A stretch of 54,599 bases of DNA, from the NCBI RefSeq assembly GCF_001194135.2, contig NC_069004.1, forward strand, positions 22,583,883-22,638,481, given 5' to 3'. Positions within the stretch are counted from its first letter, which is position 1, and every line of letters begins with the position of its first letter. Positions 11,721 to 25,089 of the stretch are shown here, one piece after another. Below the pieces are notes generated by a model. The model was not told the origin of the DNA and ran no database searches. It was given only the letters and a program-made list of their open reading frames with translations. Origin of the DNA: Octopus bimaculoides. Taxonomy: Eukaryota. The translations under genes were made by a program, and so were the position numbers.

Positions 11721-12779
11721 CTTCCCTTCCCCCACTTTGTTTCTAACATAGGTGTGAGGTTTCACATTTGTGAAATACATAGTTGTACTTATTTACTGGA
11801 GTTACTCTCAGTAAACCAAAGTTTGATTCCTGGTGTAGTCACAGAACATTAATTTTCCAGTTCTCTTAGGAAAGCCATAAATGTCATAATTATAACTGAT
11901 TGGTTAAGAAGTTTCCAGTTATTGGGATTTGTATTTGATCTCACTGTGTGGCACTTTGAACAAATGTCTTCTACTATTCTTAGGTTGTAGACTTATTATG
12001 TGACTTATTTTAACACCACTATCCAGTCTTGAAGTGCCTTTTAATACATTTCACTCTGTTGCAAGCAGTCAGGCTGGGTCTCTATTTCCTCTCATATCTG
12101 TCTTCAGTCTCTCTCCTTATCACTCTTTTTGCCATATTGCCTTGAGCAGAGACACTGTAAAGTGGCCAGGATTCTTTAGCCTTGTGAGGCACAAGTTGAC
12201 CCTTACTAGTACCAATACATGATAAAATGGACCTACTACACCCTGTAAAGAGCTTGGCAAATAAGCAGAGAGAACCTAGAGTCATGATGACTCTGGAATC
12301 CTGTTGAGGAGGAGTTAAACTTTCTAGTTCTGATGCTGCAATAAAATTCATCCAATAATTGTATAAAACGGTTGGTATTTGGAGGCTGTAGAAACCATGC
12401 TAAAATTAGAATCTACAAGTGAGATATAGTCTATCAACTCAACTGAGAGTTTAGCAATTTCAAATAGGAACTGACTCAGAATGTAACAAGTCATCCAACC
12501 CATGTCTGTTGGAAAGCAGACACAAAAATTATCCTCATTATCATCATTATCATCATCGTCATTTTTACATCCACACTTGCATGGATCAGAGTTTATTGAG
12601 GCAAATTTTCTATGGTCAGATACCTTTCCTGTTGCCAACCTTTACTTATTTCCAAGCTAGGTAATATTTCTCCATGTTCAGACATCTTTTCACAATATTG
12701 GAAATGAATGACAATCATTTACAACAATCGTGCGATGTCACAACAGTCATAACTACATACACATACATGCATACATACA

Positions 12780-12940
12780 GACACGATAGGCTCCTTTCAG
12801 TTTCCGTCTACCAAGTCTACTCACAAGGCTTTGATTAGCCTGGGGCTATAGAAGAATGCACTTACCCAGGGTGCTGTGCTGTGGAACTGTACCTGAAACC
12901 ATGTGGTTGGGAAACAAACTCCTTAACCACACAGCTGTGC
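12780..12940 (-). mobile_element. SINE type A 5' half
   Basis: ttcagtttccgtctaccaa..ctcacaaggctttg...cacttacccagggtgctgtgc...gaaaccatgtggttggga..ccacacagc. Confidence 0.75.
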
Positions 12941-13612
12941 ATGTACCTATGTCATACTTGACCTTTCATGATGATAATACCTCAGGAGGCCTTGTAAAGG
13001 GCTGTGGGCATTATCCTTGTTCTAAATGAATCTTATGAAAGATAAAAAGTTTGATTCCTGGTAGTAGCTTAAGTCCCTCTCCTTCTACTCCTGGTGCCAT
13101 TTTGGAACAGTATGAGCATAACAACCCTATATCACTCATCCCACTTGAAATAATTGGGGCTTATGTCCCATTGATGGTTACTTGTGATTGAATGCATGTG
13201 GATGAATAAATATTTGTCCTTCAGAATACAGTTTCAATTATCTTGGTTGTAGCAGTAGCAGATAGATTTGAATGTTTAATTAAACAGTTTAATGAAAATG
13301 TTGATAATGTTTTGTTTAAATATATAACAGTCCAAATTGAAAGTTGAATCTAACATTTCCAACAAGAATATTAATGTTTTCTATTTTGATTAAATATCAC
13401 ATGGCAATTAAAATTTGGAATTTAATTAGACTTTTTAATAATTTCTAGAATGTGTGTGTATGCAGATATAAATTAAGAAGTTTGCTTTGCAGCGATATGT
13501 GTTTGGGTTCAATACAACAGTATGGCACTCTGTGCTAGAATCTTCTACTATGGTCTCAGATTGATCAAGTACTGTGAGTAAAATTTGGTAGGTAGAAACT
13601 GTCTGAAAATCT

Positions 13613-13658
<46 letters not shown>

Positions 13659-13892
13659 TATGTTTGACACCTTTAATGCAGTGGGGACATTTTTTATGTC
13701 TTGCAAAGCAAAATGTCCAGGAGTTCAATATACATACTAAAAATAAAGTACCTTATGCCTTATTTGAAAAATAACAGTTGACATCAGAATGGGGCATCTA
13801 GCCTTAGGAAGTGTTGTCTAATGCGCACACGCACACACCCCACATATATGAACACACACACACATATATAAACATATACATCCATATATATA

Positions 13893-14180
13893 TCATCATT
13901 ATCATTGTTTAATGTCCATCTTCCATGCATGCATGGGTACGATGGTTGATAGGAGTTACTGCGTCTGTTTTGACAGGGATTTTATGGCTAGATGTCCTTC
14001 CTAACACCAACCACCCTGCAGAGTGAACCCAGTGCTTTTTATATGACACTAGCACAGGCGAAGTTAGTTTTGGCAAGATTTTTGCAGCTGGATGACCTTC
14101 CAGATGCCAACCATGTTACAGCGTGGACTGGATGCTTTTAACGTGGCACCAGCACTGGCAGGGTAAACATGTAACTAACA
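13893..14180 (-). mobile_element. (CAT)n-tailed RTE 3'-end copy with an internal duplication of the ggatgcccttcc..gccaaccac block
   Basis: The motif occurs twice (about 13985-14040 and 14085-14140). Confidence 0.6.
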
Positions 14181-14386
14181 AGACATGGAATTATGAGAGG
14201 GGCAGGGCATTTGTGTCAGAGGATGAAAGTTAGAGTGTGACAAAGAGACAGAAGCAGGTCTCTTGTCACAACAGAGGGGGCATTAGAGGAGGTGATCCAG
14301 TATCAAATGATGAAAGGTTAGAGTGTAACAGAGAAATAGAGAGGCAGAAATAGGTGTCTTACTACAGAGGAGGTACATGGTTACCC

Positions 14387-14456
<70 letters not shown>

Positions 14457-14565
14457 CAGAAAGAGGCCAGAAACAAGTGTACTGATGTAAAGGTGATATT
14501 TGGTTACCTAGTCAGACGAAAAACAAGAGGAGAGAGAAAGTGACCAAAGGGAAAGCATATTTTAC

Positions 14566-14841
14566 TGTGTCTGGGGAGAGTCATTCTCTTTTAGTGCCTA
14601 ATCACTTAACACACTCACCAGTTCGATTTCCACTTGTTTACTTATTAATTTTTTTCTAAAATTTTCATTGTGTCTTGCAACCTTTTCAATAGTCATTGAA
14701 GAGGTTTAATACATGCAACAGTCACTGAAGAGGTTGCAAGAGGCAACCAAAATTTTAGGGAAAAAAAAAGTAAATGCAGGGAAATCAAACTGGTATGTTA
14801 AATAATAAGGCACTAAGAGAGAATGACTCTCTCCAGACACA
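14566..14841. repeat. ~275-bp foldback element (~125-bp arms) with a hammerhead-like motif
   Basis: tgtgtctggggagagtcattctcttttagtgcct... is the imperfect reverse complement of ...aggcactaagagagaatgactctctccagacaca. CTGAAGA-GGTTGC-aagag-GCAACC-AAAA lies at 14725-14752. Confidence 0.88.
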
Positions 14842-14863
14842 ATAATATATGTATATATAAACA

Positions 14864-14905
<42 letters not shown>

Positions 14906-16419
14906 ACACACCTAAATTCTATTGTTTCTTTTATATGTTCCATCGTTTGGCTTGTGACCATGCTGGGGCACTGCCTCTTAAAATAAACTTCATTACAGCG
15001 ACCCAACTTTATCAGCCTTGTTCAGTACAATCCTGTTGCATTTAACTTTGCTTTTCATTCTCCTTGGGTAGATACAATTGGTACCAGTTTATGGTTCTCT
15101 TTTAAAATTTGGGACCTTGTGTTTATGTTAAGATATTATTCTTCAGTTTAATTCATATAGACTGTTCAGTGGCAGAATTGGTAGAATTACCTGACAAAAT
15201 TCCATGCAGTATTTAGTTTTACTACTTCAGTTGTGATATTATTTAGAGATGTGAACTTGGATTATTTTCATATACTTTGATTTTAAATTCAAGTTTCTAA
15301 TCCCACCTCAGATTGAGAGGCAATAGTTTCCTTCCTTTGAGAGCACCCAGAGTGCACTATGCATAATATTACTTATGTCTTGCATGAACCTTCTGAATTC
15401 AAATACTTTTGGGGTCAGCTTTCATCCTTCTGGTGGACCAGAAAATAAAGTTTCCATTTAAAACAGAGGTACATTTATTCATTAAATACATCCCTATAAG
15501 AAATTTCTGACCTTGTACCAAACATACAAACCTGAATTTAATTAATAAATTATCCATTCAGAGAAACAGATTCTGTTGTAGGGAGGGTCATTATACCAAT
15601 AATAATCAATCAACTGATTCGTTAGTTGGTTAAATAGCTAACCAATTGTGAGTAGAGATGTCATTGAAGAGGTTGCAATGAAGGGCTTTGACGAACACAA
15701 CTGATTAACTAAATAATTAATCAAATGATAAATTAATTAATTGGTTAGTTAACCGATTGACAAATAATTATAAAGTTAAACAGAACCAGTGCATGTGTTT
15801 ATTATTGACGTAATGACCCGCCAGAGATACAACAAATTCTTATATATGCTATTACCCAGTTAAGTTCTGCTCATAAATTTTGATATTATTTGTGGATGTA
15901 TGTGTGAGGAAGAGAGATGAGGATCAAGCATGTGTATTGGTTAAACATTGTGTGTGTGTGCATGCACACGTGTTTAATTTATTCATGTGATTGAGGTCGG
16001 TGAAAGTTCAAATAGTCTGGGGAATCTAGAAGAGATAAGGGAGGGAAAAGAGGTTTGTTGGCAGTTTGTGACAGTTTATGAATCCCTGGTGAATAGACAA
16101 AGTTACTGTAAAATATATATATCAATGTCAGAAGAAATGAAGAGTGTTAGAGAAAGTGAGAAAGCAAGAAAGTGTAAGATAGTGAAGGAGAAAGAAAAAT
16201 AAGAGACAGAGGGTAAGAGAAGAGGGGAAAAAGAGACACTGGCTTCTTTAGTTTGGTTTAGTTTCTTAGAGTCAGTCAAAGAAGTACTTTTCTCACCCAG
16301 CCAAAATTTTACCCAGAATCAAATCTAAAACTGACCCTGATGATGTCTATTAATTCCAATTTGGAAACAAAATTGTTTAAATCTTAAGCATGAATTTAAT
16401 ATATGTTGCATATCTTTTA

Positions 16420-16805
16420 TTCTTTATTTGTTTCAGTCATTTGATTACAGCCATGCTGGGGCACCACCTTGAAGGGCTGTAATCGAACAAATTGACCCAA
16501 GGACTTATTGTTTTAAAGCCTAGTATTTTTTCTATCGATTTCTTTGCTGAACTGCTAGCTTACAGGGACATAAACACACCCAACATCAATTGTCAAGTGG
16601 TGGTGGTGGTTGGGGGGTGGGGTGGGGGCAAAAACAGACACAAAGATACACACATACATATATGTGACAGGCTTCTTCCAATCACAAGGCTTTGGTTGGC
16701 CTGAGGCTATAGTAGAAGATGCTTGCCCAAGGGCCACACAGTGGGACAAAACCTGGAACTATGTGGTTGAGAAGCAAGCTTCTTACCACACAGCCACACC
16801 TGCAC
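16420..16805 (-). mobile_element. SINE type A, near full length
   Basis: Colinear with 50013-50411, including the tRNA-like head (ccacacagcc...cttgcccaagg) and an internal microsatellite. Confidence 0.8.
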
Positions 16806-18479
16806 TTAAATGAATTACATGCATTGGCCATATATGAATTTGTAAAATTGAATATTTATTAACTTTTTTCAGCACAAATAGGATCCTACAAGTTCTATAA
16901 CAACTTTCAGTTTGAAAGTAGTTTAAAAATTAAAAGCCTTCCCTACTCCTGCTCTACACAGTCAATTGGCCTGCTAGAAATAAATGTCAGATTTCATTCA
17001 GAACTTATTCTACTGCTTTGAAATATAGAAAGGACACAAAGCATTGACCACCAATACCTGACTGGTACTCCACTTTGTTGACTATGGAACAATGAAATGC
17101 AAAATTGACCTGGGTGGTATTTGAACTTGGAATGTAAAAGGGATGCCATCTATTTTGTTCAATGCTCTGCAATCTCTAACCCCCACCCCCAATATTACTT
17201 GTATTAGTGAAGCCTGTGAGGGACCCTCCTGTATTATCTGTTCTGTTAGAAATGGCTGCCAGTGTCCCTCAAACCACACTTTACCTATTGACTTACAAAA
17301 AAGAAAAAGGTAGGGGGTGAAAGATGCATTAGTTTTAAATAAGTAAAAAGATGGGATCATCTTTGATTACAGATCTTCTAGTTCAGTGCTGACTTGAGGG
17401 CTAAACAACAACTAATATTACTTGGCTATACAAGGTGGCAAACTGGCAAAAATGCTGTGCAGCATTTCACTCATCACTATGTTTTGAGTTCAAATTCCAC
17501 TAAGGTTCACTTTATTCTTCATCCTTTCGGGGTTGATAAAATAAATACCAGTTGAGTTCTGGGATTGATGTAATTGACTTATCCCATCCCACAAAGTTGC
17601 TAACCTTGTGTCAAAATTTGAAACCAATATTACTTGGCTGCATCATTGTGAATAAGGGCTTTTGAACCCTACATGAAATGTCTCAGCCTGAGCACAAAAA
17701 AATGTACATCTCATAAGACTAGAGTTTATCTCAGCTTTTATAGTGTTTAAAGGATTAAAAGTACAAGATGAATGTGAGACAATCTGATGCAAAATTAACT
17801 CCTAATTGTTACACTGGTAATCATTTTCAGCTGTGTCTAATTGTAGCAACATGAAATGAAGTGCATTGTTCAAGGATATAATGTATCTCCTGAGCCATGA
17901 ATTGAACTTACGAACCTAAGCAGCAGGTCATATAAAGTTTTAGTCAACAATATTCTTTTATTACGGATGGGCCTCCATCAGCCAGTGTCAATCATACATC
18001 TGCACACGCAAATGCTAGCCTAGGCATGTTTTTTGAGGAAGCTAGCAGTTGTCCATGTTATCTATCTAAAGAGAAGGCCACTGACTTGAGCCAATACAGC
18101 TTAGCATCAGTGACATCACAGGTGTAGCTGTCAGAACAAACCAGAACAGACACTGCAAATGCATCTCATCCAACCCTCTGACAGTTCCATCAATCTACTA
18201 CTCTGCATTGGTACTTTTTAATTGACCCTGAAAAGATGAAAGGTAAGGTTAACCTTGGTAGGATTTGAACTCAGAGCACAATTATTCAAAACAAACACTG
18301 CAAAGCATTCTATGTAATACTCTCACAGCTCTGTCTATTTGCCTTGCGCTAGTGCATGAATGAAGTCGTTTTAATACTATGTGTAGGAAAGCACATGACT
18401 GCTGCAACCTGTGTGTGGTCTGTGCATGGCATCTGGGTTGTTCCTGATGTTGGTGTGAGCAAAATGTAGGATGCTGGTA

Positions 18480-19100
18480 GAGTCTGGTGCTTGTGGTGGT
18501 GGTGGTGGTGGTGGTGATGCTGTTGTTTAGCCCCAGATTAAAGGCATCCCACCATGACAATCCCACTTTTTCTTTTGCGCCGAGAACCTAGGACCAAATT
18601 ATCTGATGTGTCCTTTCCTTTGTCGGTAGTGGTGGATGATTTGAGGGAGCTTTAGCTGTTATTACCAACTGGTTGAGTTACCACAAAAAAAAACTCCCTT
18701 GTTGGTTAGTAGTGCTTATGGTGGTGGTGGTGGTGGTGGCAGATATTACTATTATGTATTATAGTGGTAAGAGCTGATGCTTTTAGTATGCACTGTGATG
18801 TTGGTGGTGATGGTGGTTTTTGTGGGTGCAAATACTACTTATATGTAACATGGTGTTGGTATTGGTGGGAGGAGGTACTAGTAGTAAGTAACGTAATGGT
18901 TGTGGTGGGAGCAGATGTATCCCTGTAGTAGTAGTAGTAGTAGATAGACAGATAGATACTAATAATCAATAAGTGAGGAAACTATGGCAATATCATGTAT
19001 TGAGAACTGTGGAGCTGCTAAATGAACTGGTATAGCAGTGGTGATGGTGGAAATACCAGTGGTGGTGTTGGTAGTGGTGATGATGGTGATGGTATGATTA
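18480..19100. repeat. Low-complexity (GGT)n/(GAT)n/(TAG)n region
   Basis: Direct reading of the sequence. Confidence 0.85.
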
Positions 19101-19476
19101 TTATGATTTCATCCGTCTTTACATTCTGAGTTCAAATTCTGCTGAGGTTGACTTTGCTTTTGATCTCTTCAAGGTGGATAAAATAAATATCAGTTGAGCA
19201 CTTACCCCTCCCCCAAAATCGCTGGTCTTGTCCCAGAATTTGGAAACATTGTTATTATTATTAAGGCAGCGAGCTGGCAGAATCATTAGCATGCCGGGCA
19301 AAATGTTTAGCGGTATTTCGTCTGCCACTATGTTCTGAGTTCAAATTTTGCTGAGGTCAGCTTTGCCCTTCATCCTTTCAGGGTTGATATATTAAGCATC
19401 TGTGAAACACTGGGGTTGATATAATTGACTTGTTCACTCCCCTCAGATTTCAGGCCTTGTGCCTTTAGTAGAAAGG

Positions 19477-19529
<53 letters not shown>

Positions 19530-19760
19530 GGCAGCCAGCTGGCAGAATCTTTAGCACATTGAGCAAAATGCTTAGCAGCATTTCCTCTGTCTACACATTC
19601 TGAGTTCAAATTCCACCAGGGATGACTTTGACTTTCATCCTCTCACTGTAGATAAAATAAGTACCAGTGAAACACTGGAATCGATGNNNNNNNNNNNNNN
19701 NNNNNNNNNNNNNNNNNNNNNNNNNCCCCCAAATGATTTCAGGCCTTGTGCTTTTTGTTG
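19100..19760 (+). mobile_element. Head-to-tail array of three SINE type B copies separated by (ATT)n
   Basis: Unit aaggcagcgagctggcagaatc...ttctgagttcaaatt...gactttgcc.ttcatcc...ggccttgtgcctttagtagaaagg(att)n. The core gactttgcctttcatcctttc.gggt.gataaa..aagtacc resembles the Meta-type SINE domain (recalled, not searched). Confidence 0.85.
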
Positions 19761-21749
19761 GAAAGATTGTTATTATTATTATTGTTGTTGTTGTTATTAT
19801 TATTATTGATTGTAGTAGTAGTATAGAATAGTTGTAATCATACAGTTTATAGTACAGTATTGGTAGTAGTGATAGTTCTTACAATTTATAGTATAGATAA
19901 TAATGTATGTGTAAACAGGCTGTAAACAGAAGAACTGTTACTCTTTGAATGAAGTTCTTTATGAGGTTTGTTCTGTGCTCTATCTATGTCCATGTTTTTT
20001 TCTTGTGACTGTCATCTTGCAAAACTATGTAAGTGGTACATTAACTATGTCAAAACCATCAGAGGGCCTACAAAAACCATGGGTACAAGCCAAAATAATA
20101 ATGTTTGGTTTGATTGTACACTGAGGTGGTGAGAACTGATGGGCTCAGTGTGATGAGAATATTAGAGGTTTACTAGGAAAGACAAGAGATTTTGAAGAGA
20201 CAATGATACTTTGTGTTGAATAAGGAAAATAGGCATTAAAGTGTGGTGATGATGATGGTAATGGTGATGGTTGTGGTTATGGTGACAGCAATGGTAGTGA
20301 TGATAGTTGTGAATAACTGTGCGAAGCACTTACTGCATTGATAGATAAGGCTTTAGATTGATATTCTTGTTTTGTGACCATGCTGAGACACTACTTTCAA
20401 AAGAGGATTAGCAAGGATTATTTGGATTTAAAAAGTCTTGCACTACTTTGTTTCTTGCATAGCATGTGACAAGATGAAGGTAAAGATGAAGAAGTAATTT
20501 AAATATAAATTTAACGTTTTAGATTTTTGTTATAAATTTTGATCTATTGACAAGTACTGTTAAATGGTTATGTGGTTCAATTCCATTGCACAATACCTTA
20601 AACAAGTGTTTTCTACCACAGCCTCAATTTGACCAACTAAAACCTTATGAGTGAAATTTAGTTGATGGAAACTGTATAGGAGCCCATCAAAAGGATTGCC
20701 ATTCCTGTTCTTGATGGTAGATTTAATCTGTTACCAGGTTTAGTACAACCACTTTGTCATTGGATGCCTTTAACAGAGTCCACCTTGTTGTGAACATTCA
20801 GACTAGGTTCCCAGTCTGGGTATAACTTCCTCCCTTCCTCTCTCAAGTCAAAGAGGACCTGAATTTTAAAAAATAAAGGGTTATGGTTTCTTTGACTAAA
20901 TTAGAAAACAATGCCTTACTACATTATTCATAAGTTACATAGTCCCTCCCACCTGTATTTTCAGTCATGCATTAGTTTAACATTATTTTCATCAACTTTA
21001 TGTGGAGAAGATGGCAACAATAGTTAACAGATGATAAAAATTAAACATTTATTTTCAATTAGGTGTTGTGTTTGTTTTGGACTTATATCATTGACATAAA
21101 CCAAATATTTCTTATTGATAATTTCATTTAAAATAATTACAAATTATCTTGAAATATTCTCTCTGCTTAAAGATTCTATACTCTCCATAGCAGTTGAACT
21201 TAGCAAAACCTGCTATGAATTCTTTTACTTTCTTTGATAAATATAACTGACATGAAGTAGAATGAAGTTGATATTATATCAAACATATTGAATTTGTATT
21301 CCCTACAACAGTACATTTAATTAGGGCATTTAATTCTACATACCCTATTTAACCTAGCTATCAGGAATGGGAACCAAATCATGTGAAAATGTTATTTGAG
21401 AAAGACCAATATGTTTTATTCAGAGGGAAAATTTGTCTTTCATTCATTGAATATGAAACCAGAGTCAGGACAATGGATCTTAGAAGTGCCTTGAGAATTT
21501 TTAAAAAACCCAAAAATCACATATTTGATTAAATATTTAGCACACTCATTGTGTATTTTCACATTGTTCAAATAACCAAGACTACATCACAAAGATTAAA
21601 TTTTCTCAAGGTCAGAAAATATTTTGACCCTGGACATCTGCTAATCTTACACTTAAAGTAAAGTGAAAAGTAAACTCCCTGGCTGGCAACTAGAGGTGGA
21701 GGCTGTCCTCTCAACCAGTATACTGCTGTGGGTGTCACTGGATGATGGA

Positions 21750-22110
21750 CTCTGGTGATGACATTATTCCATACTTTCCTATCCATGGTGCTAGCTTTAG
21801 CATGCTTGAGGTTGAGGCACTGTGACTTCAGGTCTTCCTCAATTTGTTTTGCTCATGTCTTCTTTGGTATGCTGTCCTGGATTCTCCAGTGCATGGGTCA
21901 CTGCCACCAAGTTGGTGTGGTAGTCTTCCAGTGCTCACCTTGCAGACATAACCAAACCACTGTTGCCTGCACTGCCAGATTTGGTCTTCAGTGGTGGATA
22001 CTATACTTGAGTGAACACTACTATATTTTCTAATAATGCATGTGCACCATACATGTCCAGATGTGCTTTCTAGAACACATTGAAGAAGAGTCAAAATGTT
22101 TGCTAGCCAA
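21750..22110 (-). mobile_element. Degenerate RTE ORF2 C-terminus
   Basis: ...DSIPKKT*AKQIEEDLKSQCLNLKHAKASTMDRKVWNNVIT resembles the GRPxKTW...DL...DRxxW end of RTE ORF2. Confidence 0.65.
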
Positions 22111-23719
22111 ACACTTACTTATCAACTTATATTTCAAATACCCTTGGCCTCCTACTCAGCACCAGACTCAGTCTTTATCTAACCATTGCTATATCAGATT
22201 GTCAGATCATTCATTTGTTGCATAATTATGGTAACACACTACACATCCCCTTATTTCCCAACAGTCTAAACTGCTTTTGAGTGCAAGTATGTTTCAACTC
22301 TCCAACTCATCACTGGTAATTGAGTCACCTGGACCGAAAATGGATGACATGAAGTTGTTTAAGAAATATTTTGCACTAGTCGAAGATGAAAACTTAATTC
22401 ATCAAAACTTAGTTCAGATGTTAAATTGAAATGGAAAGAGAAAAATGACTGTGAATGAATTGGGGGAAACAAAAATGGTTATATTCAGTAATAATGTGTG
22501 GCGGCCAGATCAGTGAAGTTTTAGTTTGAAAAGTTGGAGTAAGAAAGAAATCAAAACTGAAGATTGAACAAAAGATGATAAATATCTTTCTGTGACTTTT
22601 TCCCAAATATCAGTGATCTCACATCCATCTTATACCATATAATTTCTAAATTTTGATTATATTGGGTGTAACATTACAGTCACAGTTTAGTGCTTCTTTT
22701 CCACCCTAGTCCCATTCTCCTTTATTTCTTTTTTTTTTTTCTTTTCCTCTTTCCCACTACCCATCTCTCACATCTTCACAGACAGTCTAATTCTTTCTTA
22801 CTGCCATGGTTTTTATTGTTGAAGGATATAATTTATCTCGAAACTTTTTTGTCCCACTGGCATTTACACTTAAAAAAATGTTGCATTTTCACCATCATTG
22901 TCGTCATTGTCTTACATCTGCTTTCCATGCTAGCATGGGTGGGACAAGTCATCACTGCATGTATAATTTCTTATTTGTTGCAGCTAATATCCATAGCTCG
23001 GTCAAGGAACATAACTTGTTTCTACATTCCTATTTTGGCATGATTTCTATGACTGGATGCTCTTCTTAATCCACACCACTTTACAGTGTACTGTGGATGA
23101 ATTTTATTATGGTACCAACACTGGAAAGGTGGTCATATTCTTGAGCAAACTCAAAAGATTCTCTTGATTTTACATTGTTTCTGCTCATTCACCAACCATT
23201 TCATAGAGTATACTGTGTACTGATGCATTTTATCATGGCATCAGACAAAAAATCAAATATAAATTTTAAAAAAATGCTTATTTCCCCACCCACCAATATT
23301 TTGATTCCATTTCAAGCAACTCATGAGTGGTACAAAAATTCTTCTTCATTTCTTTTCATGATATATTTATTGAAGGATAACTAAAAGTTATTGGTACTGA
23401 TTTTCACTTATCTCTCATCTTAGAATCCTGATATCTTTGAGGTTTGAAGCTAGTAGTATTGATATTCTATGACTACTATGCAAATATTGATTTCTTCCAC
23501 AGCAGCAATGCCAATTTTCTAAGTGGAGGAGGATGTATGGTTGTTTGATTCTTTCTGTATTACTGGTACTGATTTTATCGACTCTGGCAGAATGAAAAAT
23601 ATAATTAATTTCCTGCTAAAATTCGAACTTCAAACATATATAATTAAGAAACTAAATTCTAAGTACTGTTAAGTGTTTTGTCTAACTTTTTATTGTTTCT
23701 GCTACTACACTGCCTTCGC

Positions 23720-25045
23720 GTAATAATAATCCTTTCTATTAAAGGCACAAGGCCTGAAATTTTGAAGGGAGAGGCAAAAGTCAATTACATCAATCCCAGT
23801 ACTTGACTGCTGCCATTTTATTGATTCTGAAAGGATAAAAAATAAAGTTGACCTCTGTGGCATTTGAACTCAGATGGTAAAGGGCCAGAAGAAATGCCAC
23901 TAAGCATTTTGTCTGGTGCAGTAATGATTCTGCCAGGTTGCTGGCTTAATAATAGTAATAACAATAACAACAACAACGATTTCTTTCTACTAAAGGCACA
24001 GGGCCTGAAATTTGTCGGGAGGGGCCTTGTTGATTACATCCACCCTAATGCTTGACTGGTACTTTATTATTGACTCTGAAAGGGCACAAGGTAAAGATGA
24101 CCTCAGTGGAAATTTGAATGCAGTATGTGCAAAGCTGGGAAAAATGCTGCTAAGCATTTTGCCCTATGTGCTAATGATTCTGCCAGCTTGCCACTTTTAT
24201 AATAATAATAATAATGATAATGATAATAATAATAATCCTTTTTAATATAGGTACAAGGCCTGAAATTTGGAAGAGGAGACTAGTTGATTACATTGACCCC
24301 AGTGTTTCACTGATACTTAATTTATCGATCCCGAAGGACAAAGTCCAACTCAGTGGAATTTGAACTCAGAACATAATGGCAGATGAAATACCACTAAGCA
24401 TTTCACCTGGCAGGCTAATGGTTCTGCCAACTTGCCACCTTGATGATAATAATGATAATAATAATGACTAGGAGTACCCTTGGAAATTTCTTGGTTATTT
24501 TGAAAATTGCAAGATGAAATTGTATATTTTTCTGTAGCACTTGATCGATGTTGACTGTTATAGTGTTTTCCACTCTCACGTTTTCTTCAGTAACCTCTTC
24601 ACTCTCTCTCTCTCTCCCTGTGTCTCTCCTTTCAGCCATACTACACACTCCTGTGCTTCACATTTTCTATTTCTCTCCCCCTTTCTTTTTACCTCTTCCT
24701 TCAACTATAATCATAGTAATCCCATTCTCTTAACTGTAGCTGCTAACACTTTTCCTTCTCTCTCCTTCTTTTCATTTCTGCCTTCAACTAACAATGTGAC
24801 AATGTCACACATTTGGCCTTAGTGTGTTAATATATAGATAATGTTTTCAAATTTTGGTACAAGGCTGCAATTTCGGGTGGTGGGTCTAAGTCAATTACAT
24901 CAACCCCAGCACTGGACTGGTACTTATTTTATCAACCCTGAAAGGATGAAAGGCAGAGTCAACCTCAATGGAATTTGAACAAACAAAATGCTACTAAGCA
25001 TTTTGCCCAGTGGGCTAAGAATTCTGCCAGCTCACCACTTTAATA

Positions 25046-25089
<44 letters not shown>

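Noticed and set aside
17943-18125. Plus-strand frame containing ILFITDGP (VWA-like motif)
   Set aside because: The rest of the frame has no VWA features and the donor is weak.
20765-20868. Minus-strand exon candidate VLFDLREEGRKLYPDWEPSLNVHNK after a good acceptor
   Set aside because: The frame closes at codon 34 and the only earlier donor is weak; it cannot be tied to the 30273-30323 exon.
22265-22640. Frame interrupted only by TGA codons (selenoprotein idea)
   Set aside because: Only three TGAs, no recognisable selenoprotein motif or SECIS; compatible with chance.
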